Of a DNA stretch of 64,000 bases, positions 37,867-46,481 are shown piece after piece. Each line of letters starts with the position of its first letter. Positions within the stretch are counted from its first letter, which is position 1. Below the pieces are notes generated by a model. The model was given only the letters and a program-made list of their open reading frames with translations. It did not search any database and was not told the DNA's origin. The position numbers and the translations under genes are program-made. The DNA is from Planctomycetota bacterium (lineage in GTDB: Bacteria; Planctomycetota; UBA1135; UBA2386), in NCBI GenBank assembly GCA_965228735.1, contig OZ245838.1, positions 6,016,001-6,080,000 of the forward strand, given 5' to 3'.

Positions 37867-40800
37867 ATGCGTACTTATCGAGCCGGTCAGAAGGAGGCGG
37901 GCTTCACGTTCGCCGAGGTGGCGTTCAGCATGTTGATCCTCGTGATCGGCGCTGCGGTGCTGATCAACCACCTCGCGGTCAACTACCAAGCCACCAAGAC
38001 CGAGCGTGACAAGGTCTTCGCCTACGCGAAGGCCCAGGCCATCCTCGCCGAGATCCAGAACCTCGTCGACCGCGGCGGCGTCGACTCGGCGGTCGACCTC
38101 GACGTGCTCGACGATGGCGTGGTCAGCAAGAACACGCTGACGATCACGGAGGACGGCTCCGGCAACCTGGTGCTGCCCGACCACGTGCTGTCGGGCAACT
38201 ACCAGCGCTACGAGAACTGGATCTGGTCCCGCCGCATCTCGGTGCAGCCGTTCAGCGGCGTGGACAACCGGAACGTGCGCTACGTGACCGTGACGATCTT
38301 CCGGCGCGACCAGGACGGCAACGAGACCGCGATGGCGGACCTGTCGTCGGTCATCAACTCGGCGGCGGTGGCCTACCCGACGACGCAGGTGTTCGACGTC
38401 TACCTCCTGGCCGTCGAGAACATCCCGGGCTGGTGGGTCTACATGGACACCATCAAGCCGTTCGTCGAGTCGATGATCACCGACCTCGAGAGCCGCAACC
38501 CGGGGCTCGAGTACCGGACGCACTGGATCACGAAGGCCGCGTTCGGCCGCAACCAGGGCTACCGGCCGTTCATCAACGACGCGGTCGACAGCTACGACCC
38601 GATCGCCGACGTCTACCACTACCCGGGCACGATGCCGTCCGGGTCGTCGTCCGTGTACTACTACGTGCCGGACAACTTCAACGGGTACGTCAACCTCGAC
38701 GGCGTCGCGACCAACGGCTACGACGCGACCGACAATCCGGTTCCGTACGCGCTCGCGGACTTCTTCAACCACGCGATGCGCTACCCCGACGAGCTGGAGC
38801 TCTGGGAGCGTCGCGTCGCGGCGATCGAGCAGCGCGAGGCGGACATCGCGGCGGCGATCCTCGCGGGCACGACGCCCCCGGACGAGCTCGACGACATGTC
38901 GAAGGAGCCGACGCTGCGCCTGTTCCTCGAGGACCTCAACACGGACCCCGACAAGTACCGCAACGCGCTCGTCATCAACCTCCACGGCGAGCTCCTGCCG
39001 ATGCCCGCGCTGCGCAACTACAGCGATGCGGCGCGCGTCCCGGACGTGCTGCCGAACATCCGCGCCGTGACGCACCCCGAGCAGCTGCGGACCCTGCGTG
39101 ACCCGGTGACGCCGAGCTCGAGCGATGTGGTCTCGCTGCGTGTCTACGCCTACCACGACGATCCGAGCTACAGCGGCGACGACCGCATCTGGTACGACCC
39201 GGGTGCCGGCAAGAACAACTACATCGTGCTCGAGATCCCGGGCCTCGACATCGTCGACAACTCGACGTACGAGCTCGATCCGTCCGCCCGGCTCTTCAAC
39301 GTGCACGGCGGCGTGCCGTGGGGCTTCGCCGGCACGACCGACTACGACCTGAACTGGCAGCCCGCGGTCCACTTCGACGACCCGGCGCGCGAGCCGGGCC
39401 AGATGTGGTACTTCGCGTACCTCGCGGTCGACCCGGAGGGTGGCCCGCCGGTCAGCCGCATCCTGCTCGGCAACACGCCGGTCATCTGCCCGCTGGACAG
39501 CAACAACCGCGGGCTCGCGGCGACGGACCGAGCGATGCCGTACGGCATGCCCTACGTGCCGTGCTCGATCGAGACGTCGCCGGCATTCGACACGGACCTG
39601 ACGACGATCGGCGCCGTCGGGCCGAAGAACACCGCGCGCTGGAACCTCCAGATCTCGCCGGACGTGCTGACCAACTCGTCGTTCGTCAACCAGTCGGGGG
39701 TCTACTACAACCCGCCGGGTGACGTCCAGCTCGAGGTCCGGACCTACATCTACGCGGGCTCGTACGGGCCGGGCGTGATGTGGCCGGCCGCGTCGCGCGT
39801 GCAGCCCGACAACAAGTCCAAGACCTACACGTGGTGGGCCGACAGCGCCGAGGACGTGCCGTTCACCGAGCGGTCGCAGTTCAACGGCGACCCGCGGCAC
39901 ATGCCGTACGTGGACTGCATGACCGGGGCGACGGACTTCCCGGACGGCTACAACTGGTACTTCAACGATCTCGCCGCCGGTGGCAACGACGCCGCGCCGG
40001 ACTTCCCGTCGATCGACGACGCCCGCCTGCGTGATCGCTGGAACGGTTCGATGTCGTGTGACGTGCCGCGCTACATGCAACTGCTGCGCCGGGGGCTCGC
40101 GCGGAGTTCGTGCGTCTACACGACGTTGACGGGCTATTCGTACTACTACCTCGGGATCGGCAACGACATCGGCTACGACAGCGCGAACGGCTACCCGAGC
40201 TCGATTCCGCTCAACATGACCCCGCACGGCGGGACTGGCAACGGCTACCTCAACACGATTACGAGCAGCCGGCGCTACGTTCGCTCCAACGACGCCACTC
40301 CGTGGTGGGGCATGCCGTGGCTCGGCGAGCTCTACCCGGACTCGGCACAGGCGACGTGGTTCGCGGAAGACGGTTCCGGCAACATGCGCGGCAACCTCGA
40401 CCCGGGCACGAGCGCGGGTGAGTTCTTCCAGACGCCCGTCGCGACGGCCTACGACCTCGGTACGCGCACCAGCTACGGCATCGACATCGTCTCCAACCAC
40501 CAGCGAACGTCGAGCCGCGGCTGCATCTGCTTCTTCAACATCGGGTCCGGTGGGTCGACGTTCGACCACGTTCCGAGTGGCGGCAACGGTAGCACGACGA
40601 CGATCGGCACCGAGGTCGCGACCAACTACAACATCGAGTTGGTCACGACCGCGCCGATCTCGCGTCCGTTCCGGTTGAACGACAACGCGTGGCCGGCCGA
40701 CGAGTGGAACTACAGTCCGTACACGAGCCGCAACACGGCTTCGCTCTACAAGGAGTACTTCACGCACGGTTCGGGCGTCGGCTCGGGCCTCGTGAAGCTC

Positions 40801-41370
40801 GTCGACAACGCCGGTACCGACGCGGCGTACATCGTCGTGAACGGCATCGACAAGACCGTTCAGTCGGGCACGTCGTTCATCGCCAAGTGGTCGGTGCTCA
40901 CGCTCACGCACTCGTTCTTCGAGGCGGGCGACACGGCGAACACGCTGCGCATCAACCAGCTGCCGCGGGTGGAGATCAACTACCCCAACGACATCACCGA
41001 GCTCGTCTCCGTGACGTCGATCGACGTCGTGTACGACGTCGAGTGGACGCGCTGGGACGGTGAGCCCTACACGCTCACCGGCACGTTCAGCGAGGACGAG
41101 TCGTTGCTCGAGTACGTGATCATGTACTCGCGCGACAACGGCGACACCTGGCTGCACGTGCAGGACAACGCCGTCGCGACCCCGGGCGAGCGCCCGACCA
41201 ACGCGACCTACCTCGAGCCCGACGTGTCGGTCGGCGAGGAGACCTACACCTGGCCGACACCGGCCAGCAACTTCCCAGAAGGCACGTACCTGCTCCGCAT
41301 CGACTGCTACCGGCAGGGCGCGCAGGTCCACTACGCCTACCACCAGACGAAGATCTACATCCAGCGATGA
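37867..41370 (+). CDS. Very large (1167 aa) protein with type IV pilin/pseudopilin N-terminal cleavage-methylation motif
   Basis: MRTYRAGQKEAG|FTFAEVAFSMLILVIGAAVL (G-1, F+1, E+5); Tyr/Asp/Asn/Thr-rich beta body; Ig-like C-terminus. Confidence 0.85.
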   Translation: MRTYRAGQKEAGFTFAEVAFSMLILVIGAAVLINHLAVNYQATKTERDKVFAYAKAQAILAEIQNLVDRGGVDSAVDLDVLDDGVVSKNTLTITEDGSGNLVLPDHVLSGNYQRYENWIWSRRISVQPFSGVDNRNVRYVTVTIFRRDQDGNETAMADLSSVINSAAVAYPTTQVFDVYLLAVENIPGWWVYMDTIKPFVESMITDLESRNPGLEYRTHWITKAAFGRNQGYRPFINDAVDSYDPIADVYHYPGTMPSGSSSVYYYVPDNFNGYVNLDGVATNGYDATDNPVPYALADFFNHAMRYPDELELWERRVAAIEQREADIAAAILAGTTPPDELDDMSKEPTLRLFLEDLNTDPDKYRNALVINLHGELLPMPALRNYSDAARVPDVLPNIRAVTHPEQLRTLRDPVTPSSSDVVSLRVYAYHDDPSYSGDDRIWYDPGAGKNNYIVLEIPGLDIVDNSTYELDPSARLFNVHGGVPWGFAGTTDYDLNWQPAVHFDDPAREPGQMWYFAYLAVDPEGGPPVSRILLGNTPVICPLDSNNRGLAATDRAMPYGMPYVPCSIETSPAFDTDLTTIGAVGPKNTARWNLQISPDVLTNSSFVNQSGVYYNPPGDVQLEVRTYIYAGSYGPGVMWPAASRVQPDNKSKTYTWWADSAEDVPFTERSQFNGDPRHMPYVDCMTGATDFPDGYNWYFNDLAAGGNDAAPDFPSIDDARLRDRWNGSMSCDVPRYMQLLRRGLARSSCVYTTLTGYSYYYLGIGNDIGYDSANGYPSSIPLNMTPHGGTGNGYLNTITSSRRYVRSNDATPWWGMPWLGELYPDSAQATWFAEDGSGNMRGNLDPGTSAGEFFQTPVATAYDLGTRTSYGIDIVSNHQRTSSRGCICFFNIGSGGSTFDHVPSGGNGSTTTIGTEVATNYNIELVTTAPISRPFRLNDNAWPADEWNYSPYTSRNTASLYKEYFTHGSGVGSGLVKLVDNAGTDAAYIVVNGIDKTVQSGTSFIAKWSVLTLTHSFFEAGDTANTLRINQLPRVEINYPNDITELVSVTSIDVVYDVEWTRWDGEPYTLTGTFSEDESLLEYVIMYSRDNGDTWLHVQDNAVATPGERPTNATYLEPDVSVGEETYTWPTPASNFPEGTYLLRIDCYRQGAQVHYAYHQTKIYIQR

Positions 41371-42410
41371 ACGTTCTCAGCTCACGCCAGATGCCCCGCG
41401 AGGGCGGCTTCTCCTTGCTGGAAGTCGTCATCGCGTCGGTGCTGCTCTTCGTCATGATCTACTCGGTGGCGAACCTGAGCCTCTCCGGGGCCGACGCCTC
41501 CGACCTTTCGCGACGGATGACGCGGTGCTCGGAGGTCTCGTCGGAGGTGCTCAACGACACACGCATCGAGCTCGTGTCGTCGGTGCGCCTCTTCGGCAAC
41601 AACACCGAGGGCAACGCCAACCTCGCGATCTTCGATCTGAGCGCGGCGCCGACGCCGCTCGACACGAGCATCCTGCCGACGATCTCCGCGACGGGCACGA
41701 TTCAGGCCGACACCGTCGGCAACGAGATCACGGGCAACTCGCTGTTCTTCGCGCGACTTGCGTGGACCGACCGATTCGTCTGCACGAGCGGCAACGAGTA
41801 CCTCGTCGACATCGTCCGCTGGGTTCATATCTACCTGACGCTCGAGGATGGCGGGCCGGTTCCCGGCAGCCCGCTCGGCCTCAACCTCGTGCGCGTCGTG
41901 AGCGAACCGATCGCGGACGCGGCGAGCGTCGACGAGATCACGGACTCGACGGACCAGGCCGAGGTCCTGCTCCATCTGCTCAACGCCACGCCGGATAGCA
42001 ACGGCGATACCCACGACCCGGTCGAGATCGTCTGGTCGCGCGGCGATCTGCCGAGCGTCACCGGCACGATTCGGCAGATCGACTCGGCGGACGGCTCGCT
42101 CAGTGACACCCCGCTGAGCGGCCGGGCCAACCCGTTCGAGGTCGAGCCGCGCGACGACGCGATCCAGGGCATGCTCTACTACCGTCACCACTCGGTGGCG
42201 TCGAACTACTCGCAGCCGAGCTACGGCGTCGCGACGTTCGGCATCCCGGACAACACGAACAACGGGTTCCCGCACGGCCTCGAGGTCCAGATCGTGGGCC
42301 CCAGTTCGGCCCGCCAGGTGATGATGCACCTGGTGCTTACTACGACGAACTCGCGCGGCCACCGGGCTTACACGGACACGACCGTCGTGGTGGACGCGCG
42401 GGAGATGTAG
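41367..42410 (+). CDS. Prepilin-type (minor pilin/pseudopilin, PilW/GspJ-like) protein
   Basis: REGG|FSLLEVVIASVLLFVMI; ATGA overlap with upstream gene. Confidence 0.85.
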   Translation: MNVLSSRQMPREGGFSLLEVVIASVLLFVMIYSVANLSLSGADASDLSRRMTRCSEVSSEVLNDTRIELVSSVRLFGNNTEGNANLAIFDLSAAPTPLDTSILPTISATGTIQADTVGNEITGNSLFFARLAWTDRFVCTSGNEYLVDIVRWVHIYLTLEDGGPVPGSPLGLNLVRVVSEPIADAASVDEITDSTDQAEVLLHLLNATPDSNGDTHDPVEIVWSRGDLPSVTGTIRQIDSADGSLSDTPLSGRANPFEVEPRDDAIQGMLYYRHHSVASNYSQPSYGVATFGIPDNTNNGFPHGLEVQIVGPSSARQVMMHLVLTTTNSRGHRAYTDTTVVVDAREM

Positions 42411-43049
42411 CGCCCCGGCCGCTTCCGCGAGATCGTCTTCTGCCAACGACGAACTCGCGCGGCCACCGGGCTTACACGGACACGACCGTCGTGGTGGACG
42501 CGCGGGAGATGTAGCGCCCCGGCCGCTTCCGCGAGATCGTCTTCTGCCCAACGACGAACTCGCGCGGCCACCGGGCTTACACGGACACGACCGTCGTGGT
42601 GGACGCGCGGGAGATGTAGCGCCCCGGCCGCTTCCGCGAGATCGTCTTCTGCCAACGACGAACTCGCGCGGCCACCGGGCTTACACGGACACGACCGTCG
42701 TGGTGGACGCGCGGGAGATGTAGCGCCCCGGCCGCTTCCGCGAGATCGTCTTCTGCCCAACGACGAACTCGCGCGGCCACCGGGCTTACACGGACACGAC
42801 CGTCGTGGTGGACGCGCGGGAGATGTAGCGCCCCGGCCGCTTCCGCGAGATCGTCTTCTGCCCAACGACGAACTCGCGCGGCCACCGGGCTTACACGGAC
42901 ACGACCGTCGTGGTGGACGCGCGGGAGATGTAGCGCCCCGGCCGCTTCCGCGAGATCGTCTTCTGCCCAACGACGAACTCGCGCGGCCACCGGGCTTACA
43001 CGGACACGACCGTCGTGGTGGACGCGCGGGAGATGTAGCGCCCCGGCCG
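42342..43049. repeat. Tandem array, 6.75 copies of a 104/105 bp unit
   Basis: Units start at 42342, 42446, 42551, 42655, 42760, 42865, 42970; identical except TGCCA versus TGCCCA. Confidence 0.97.
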
Positions 43050-43107
43050 GGCCCGCCCAACTTGGCCCGGCCACGGGTCCGGCGGCGCCGGATGGGCGGA
43101 TCCGGGC

Positions 43108-43135
43108 TTGCATCCGGTCGGGCCGGGCCTACGCT
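43108..43135 (+). promoter_or_regulatory. Putative sigma-70 promoter of rpoZ
   Basis: TTGCAT-16 nt-TACGCT, ending 47 nt upstream of the ATG. Confidence 0.45.
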
Positions 43136-43182
43136 GCTTCGCCCGCTTGCGGCCCAGCCCGGCCGCGCGGCCCCCGACCGCC

Positions 43183-43398
43183 ATGGATCAGAGCCTCCCG
43201 CAAGAACTGGTGAAGCAGGTTTCCGGTTCGTTCCGCCTGACGGCGCTGCTGCAGAAGCGCGTGCGTGAGCTCGTTCGCGGCCAGAAGCCGTTGTTCGAGA
43301 CCCGGGAACGCAACTACATCAAGATCGCCAGCGAAGAGCTGAAGCGGGGTCTGATCGAACTCGTCCCCGACGAAGAGCAGGCCGAGCCGACCATCTGA
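43183..43398 (+). CDS. rpoZ: DNA-directed RNA polymerase subunit omega
   Basis: 71 aa; FRLTALLQKRVREL..G.KPL...IKIASEEL..G.I matches the omega pattern. Confidence 0.85.
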   Translation: MDQSLPQELVKQVSGSFRLTALLQKRVRELVRGQKPLFETRERNYIKIASEELKRGLIELVPDEEQAEPTI

Positions 43399-43484
43399 GC
43401 CGACCATCTGAGTCGGCCGTTCGGGTCGCCCATCTGGGTTGACCGCATGTGGGCTGGCCACCTTTGGGCTGGCCGTCGGAACGT

Positions 43485-45254
43485 CTACGGGGCGCGCCGA
43501 TCCTGTTCGAGCTTCGCGATGGCTTCGAGCAGTTCGTCCGGCGTCGTCGCGACGCTCTCCACGCGGCTGCCGATCGCGAGGTAGGCCGTCGGGCGGTCCC
43601 GCACCTCGAGGCCGCTGCGTTCGAGCAGCACCGGGTCGTGGTTCGGGTCGAGCGACTGCACGATGCGCGAGGGCACGTACTGGGTGAGCGCGGCGCGGCG
43701 CAGGGCCACGGCTGCCTCCGTGTCACGGTCGCCGACGATCGTCACGAAGAGCGGTTCGTAGAAGATCAGGTCGACCGCGCGACCGTAGCTCGCGACGTAG
43801 TAGCCGTACTCCCGGTAGTCGCCGGCGAACGATTCGAGCGCTGCGACCGCTTCGTCGAACAGGTCGGGGCGGCGAGCGAGATAGGAGAGCCGCACGAGCG
43901 ACTCGGCCATCTGCGCGTTGTCGAGAATCGACCGGTTGCGCCGCCGCATCGAGCCGTGCTGCTCCGGATCGTGCAGGATGTCGTAGAACCCACCCGAACT
44001 GGCCTTCTGGCGTTCGATGGCGCGTTCCGCGATCGCTTCGGCCGGCTGCAGCAGGTCCGCATCACCGGTGTTCTGCGACGCGTCGATCAGTGCGCGGATC
44101 AGGCAGGCCTGGTCCGCGAGCATGCCGGGCAGGTGATACGTGCCGTCCCAGTAGTGGTAGACCTCGCGACCGTCGTAGAGGTTGTCGAGGACGAACTGCA
44201 GCGTCGTCATCGCGTGCTCGCGCCAGTGCGGCTGATCGAGAACGGCCGCGGCCTTGAGCAGGCTCGAGACCGCGATCGCGTTGGAGTTGCAGTAGACGGT
44301 GCGGTCGACGTGGGGCGCGGCGCGGCGGCTGCGTTCCTCGCCGCTCGTCGTGAAGTAGTCCATGTCGCCGTTCTGGCTGCCGGCGAACGCGCCCGTCTGC
44401 TCGTCGCGCATCGTCGTGAGCATCCACTCGACGATGCCCTCGGCCGCGCGACGATAGGCATCCTTGTCGAACACCTGGTAGGCCTCGAGGTAGGCCCGTA
44501 GCACGAGCGCGTTCTGGTCGAGCAGCTTCTCGTAGTTGGGCGTGTGCCAGTCGGGCGTCCGCGAGAACCGGAAGAAGCCACCGTCGACGTGGTCGTGCAG
44601 CGGGCTCTCCATCATGCGATCGAGCGTCAGGATGACGACCTCCCGCATGTTGGCGTCGTCGCGCTTGCTGACCTGCACGAGCGCGAAATCGAGGGCCTCG
44701 GGGTGCGGGAACTTGCTCGTGTCGCCGAAGCCGCCGTGCACGCGGTCGAACTTCTCGTAGATCGAGCCGGCGACGTTGGCCGTCATCTCCTGGCGCAGCT
44801 TGCCCTGCTCGGGGCTCGCGTGCTCAGGGCGGCCATGTTCGGGCGCGCTCGACTCGGCGTCGGCCCGCAGCTCGGCGAGTCCCTGCTCGATCGCGCCGCG
44901 GTTGTCGCGCCACGCCGTCCGCACGCGGTCGAGCTGCGCCGTGAGCGCTTCCGTGTCGAGGAAATTGCTCTGCGTGATGAGCTCGCCGTCCGGCGTGAGC
45001 CACGCGATCGTCGGCCACGCGCCGGCGCCGTAGCGCTGATTGACATCGGGTCGGCGTTCGGCGTCGACGCGCACGGGCACGAACGCCTCGTTGATCCGAT
45101 CGATCACCTGCGGATCGGCGAAGCTCGTCGCCATGAGCGCGCGACAGTGCTGGCACCACGGGACCGTCAGCACCATGACCACCGGGCGGTCCGCTTTCGC
45201 GGCGGCCGCGAGGACCGTCGAGTCGAAGTGCTGCCACTGGATCGTGTCGCTCAT
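43485..45254 (-). CDS. Thioredoxin-domain/DUF255 (YyaL/SSP411-like) protein with alpha/alpha-barrel domain
   Basis: IQWQ, WCQHCRALM, VRVDAERRPDV, GGFG...KFP, DHVDGGFFRFS...W..PNYEKLLDQNA. Confidence 0.9.
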   Translation of the reverse strand: MSDTIQWQHFDSTVLAAAAKADRPVVMVLTVPWCQHCRALMATSFADPQVIDRINEAFVPVRVDAERRPDVNQRYGAGAWPTIAWLTPDGELITQSNFLDTEALTAQLDRVRTAWRDNRGAIEQGLAELRADAESSAPEHGRPEHASPEQGKLRQEMTANVAGSIYEKFDRVHGGFGDTSKFPHPEALDFALVQVSKRDDANMREVVILTLDRMMESPLHDHVDGGFFRFSRTPDWHTPNYEKLLDQNALVLRAYLEAYQVFDKDAYRRAAEGIVEWMLTTMRDEQTGAFAGSQNGDMDYFTTSGEERSRRAAPHVDRTVYCNSNAIAVSSLLKAAAVLDQPHWREHAMTTLQFVLDNLYDGREVYHYWDGTYHLPGMLADQACLIRALIDASQNTGDADLLQPAEAIAERAIERQKASSGGFYDILHDPEQHGSMRRRNRSILDNAQMAESLVRLSYLARRPDLFDEAVAALESFAGDYREYGYYVASYGRAVDLIFYEPLFVTIVGDRDTEAAVALRRAALTQYVPSRIVQSLDPNHDPVLLERSGLEVRDRPTAYLAIGSRVESVATTPDELLEAIAKLEQDRRAP

Positions 45255-45422
45255 GTCGCTCGGTGGGTCAGGGGAGCCGGCCGTCGCCGGCTGCCGTTCT
45301 ATCGTCGGCGGACGCCCTCAAACTGCAAGCCGACTCGGAAACGTCGTCGTGTCGGAGCCGCCCACGCCATCGCGGGTTCGGCCCCCGTTCGGTCCGGCGG
45401 GGCGGCCTCGACGCCGGGGGCT

Positions 45423-46088
45423 TCAGTTCGGGGCGCCGTCGGGCCCGTCACTGCCCGGGTCGTCACCGCCCGGGTCGTGACCGTCCGGCGCGCTGCCATC
45501 CGGTGCGCTGCCATCTGGCAGGAACGCGCCGAAACCATCCAGCGTCGGCTGGCGGATCTCGTTGCCGTCCGCCGCGTCCTTTTCGGTCGGCGTGGCGCTC
45601 GGCTCGAACGGCACGCGCGGCACGTCGGCCCACAGCGTCTCGAGGCCGTAGTACGACCGGGCCTCGGGCTGGAACAGGTGCACGACGACTTCGTCGAAGT
45701 CGAGCAGCAGCCAGTTCGACACGTCGCCGTCGAGGCCACTCGCGTGCCGCCGGCGGCGGCCGCGCATGGCCTTGCTCGCGGCGTCGAGTTCGCGCGCGAG
45801 AGACTGCGCCTGGCGCGTGCTCTGCACCGTCGCGATCACGAAGTAGTCGGCGATGACGAGCGGGCCCGACACGTCGAGGATCGCGATGTCGCGGGCCTGC
45901 TTCTCGTCTAGTGCCTCGGCGATCTTCAACGCGAGTTCGGTCGCAGCCGGATCGGGCGTCGCGGCGGTCGGCGTGTCGGTGGCGGTCCCGTCGGACTTCG
46001 TGCGCGGCGTCGTGATCGGGTCGGAACTACGGTCGGATGCGGGTGTGCTCAAAGCGATGGTGGTGGGTTCGCGCTCATCAGCGCCCAT
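45423..46088 (-). CDS. rsfS: Ribosome silencing factor RsfS with low-complexity N- and C-terminal extensions
   Basis: EKQARDIAILDV, ADYFVIAT, WLLLDFDEVVVHLF...RSYYGLETLW; start uncertain. Confidence 0.92.
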   Translation of the reverse strand: MGADEREPTTIALSTPASDRSSDPITTPRTKSDGTATDTPTAATPDPAATELALKIAEALDEKQARDIAILDVSGPLVIADYFVIATVQSTRQAQSLARELDAASKAMRGRRRRHASGLDGDVSNWLLLDFDEVVVHLFQPEARSYYGLETLWADVPRVPFEPSATPTEKDAADGNEIRQPTLDGFGAFLPDGSAPDGSAPDGHDPGGDDPGSDGPDGAPN

Positions 46089-46371
46089 TGCAAGGATAGC
46101 AGCCTCATGCCGCTTGATAAGCCCCTGGTCCCCGGGCGTACCAGGGAAACTCGCGGTCGTGGGGCAGCAATTCGGGCATCTGCGCTTTCATCGTCCCTTG
46201 ACCGCCGCGGGCTGGGGGATTTCACCGACCCGTGCCTTCCCATGGGGGACTCGAGGGGCGCCGTGGGGCGTCCCGGCTGGCGCGGGAGCCGGCCGAGCGC
46301 GCCGGCCCGGTCCTCGCATGGCCGGTCCCGAATGGCCGGCCCCGTTCCGCGGCGGGTCGGCGCCCCAGATC

Positions 46372-46481
46372 GGCCAGCTCCGGAACGGGCCAGCTCCGGA
46401 ACGGGCCAGCTCCGGAACGGGCCAGCTCCGGAACGGGCCAACTCCGGAACGGGCCAGCGCCGAGACAGGTCAGTTCCGGAA
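46372..46481. repeat. 16 bp tandem repeat (CGGAACGGGCCAGCTC), about 5.5 good copies plus degenerate copies across the hppA stop
   Basis: Units at 46381, 46397, 46413, 46429, 46445; degenerate at 46461. Confidence 0.92.

Noticed and set aside
42342..43049. CRISPR array
   Set aside because: Intervening sequences are identical rather than unique spacers, the unit is a copy of a gene end, and there are no cas genes in the window.
42368..43113. Repeat-protein ORFs on the minus strand (230 and 178 aa)
   Set aside because: By-products of the 105 bp periodicity, broken by the 104 bp units, antisense to the pilin gene end.
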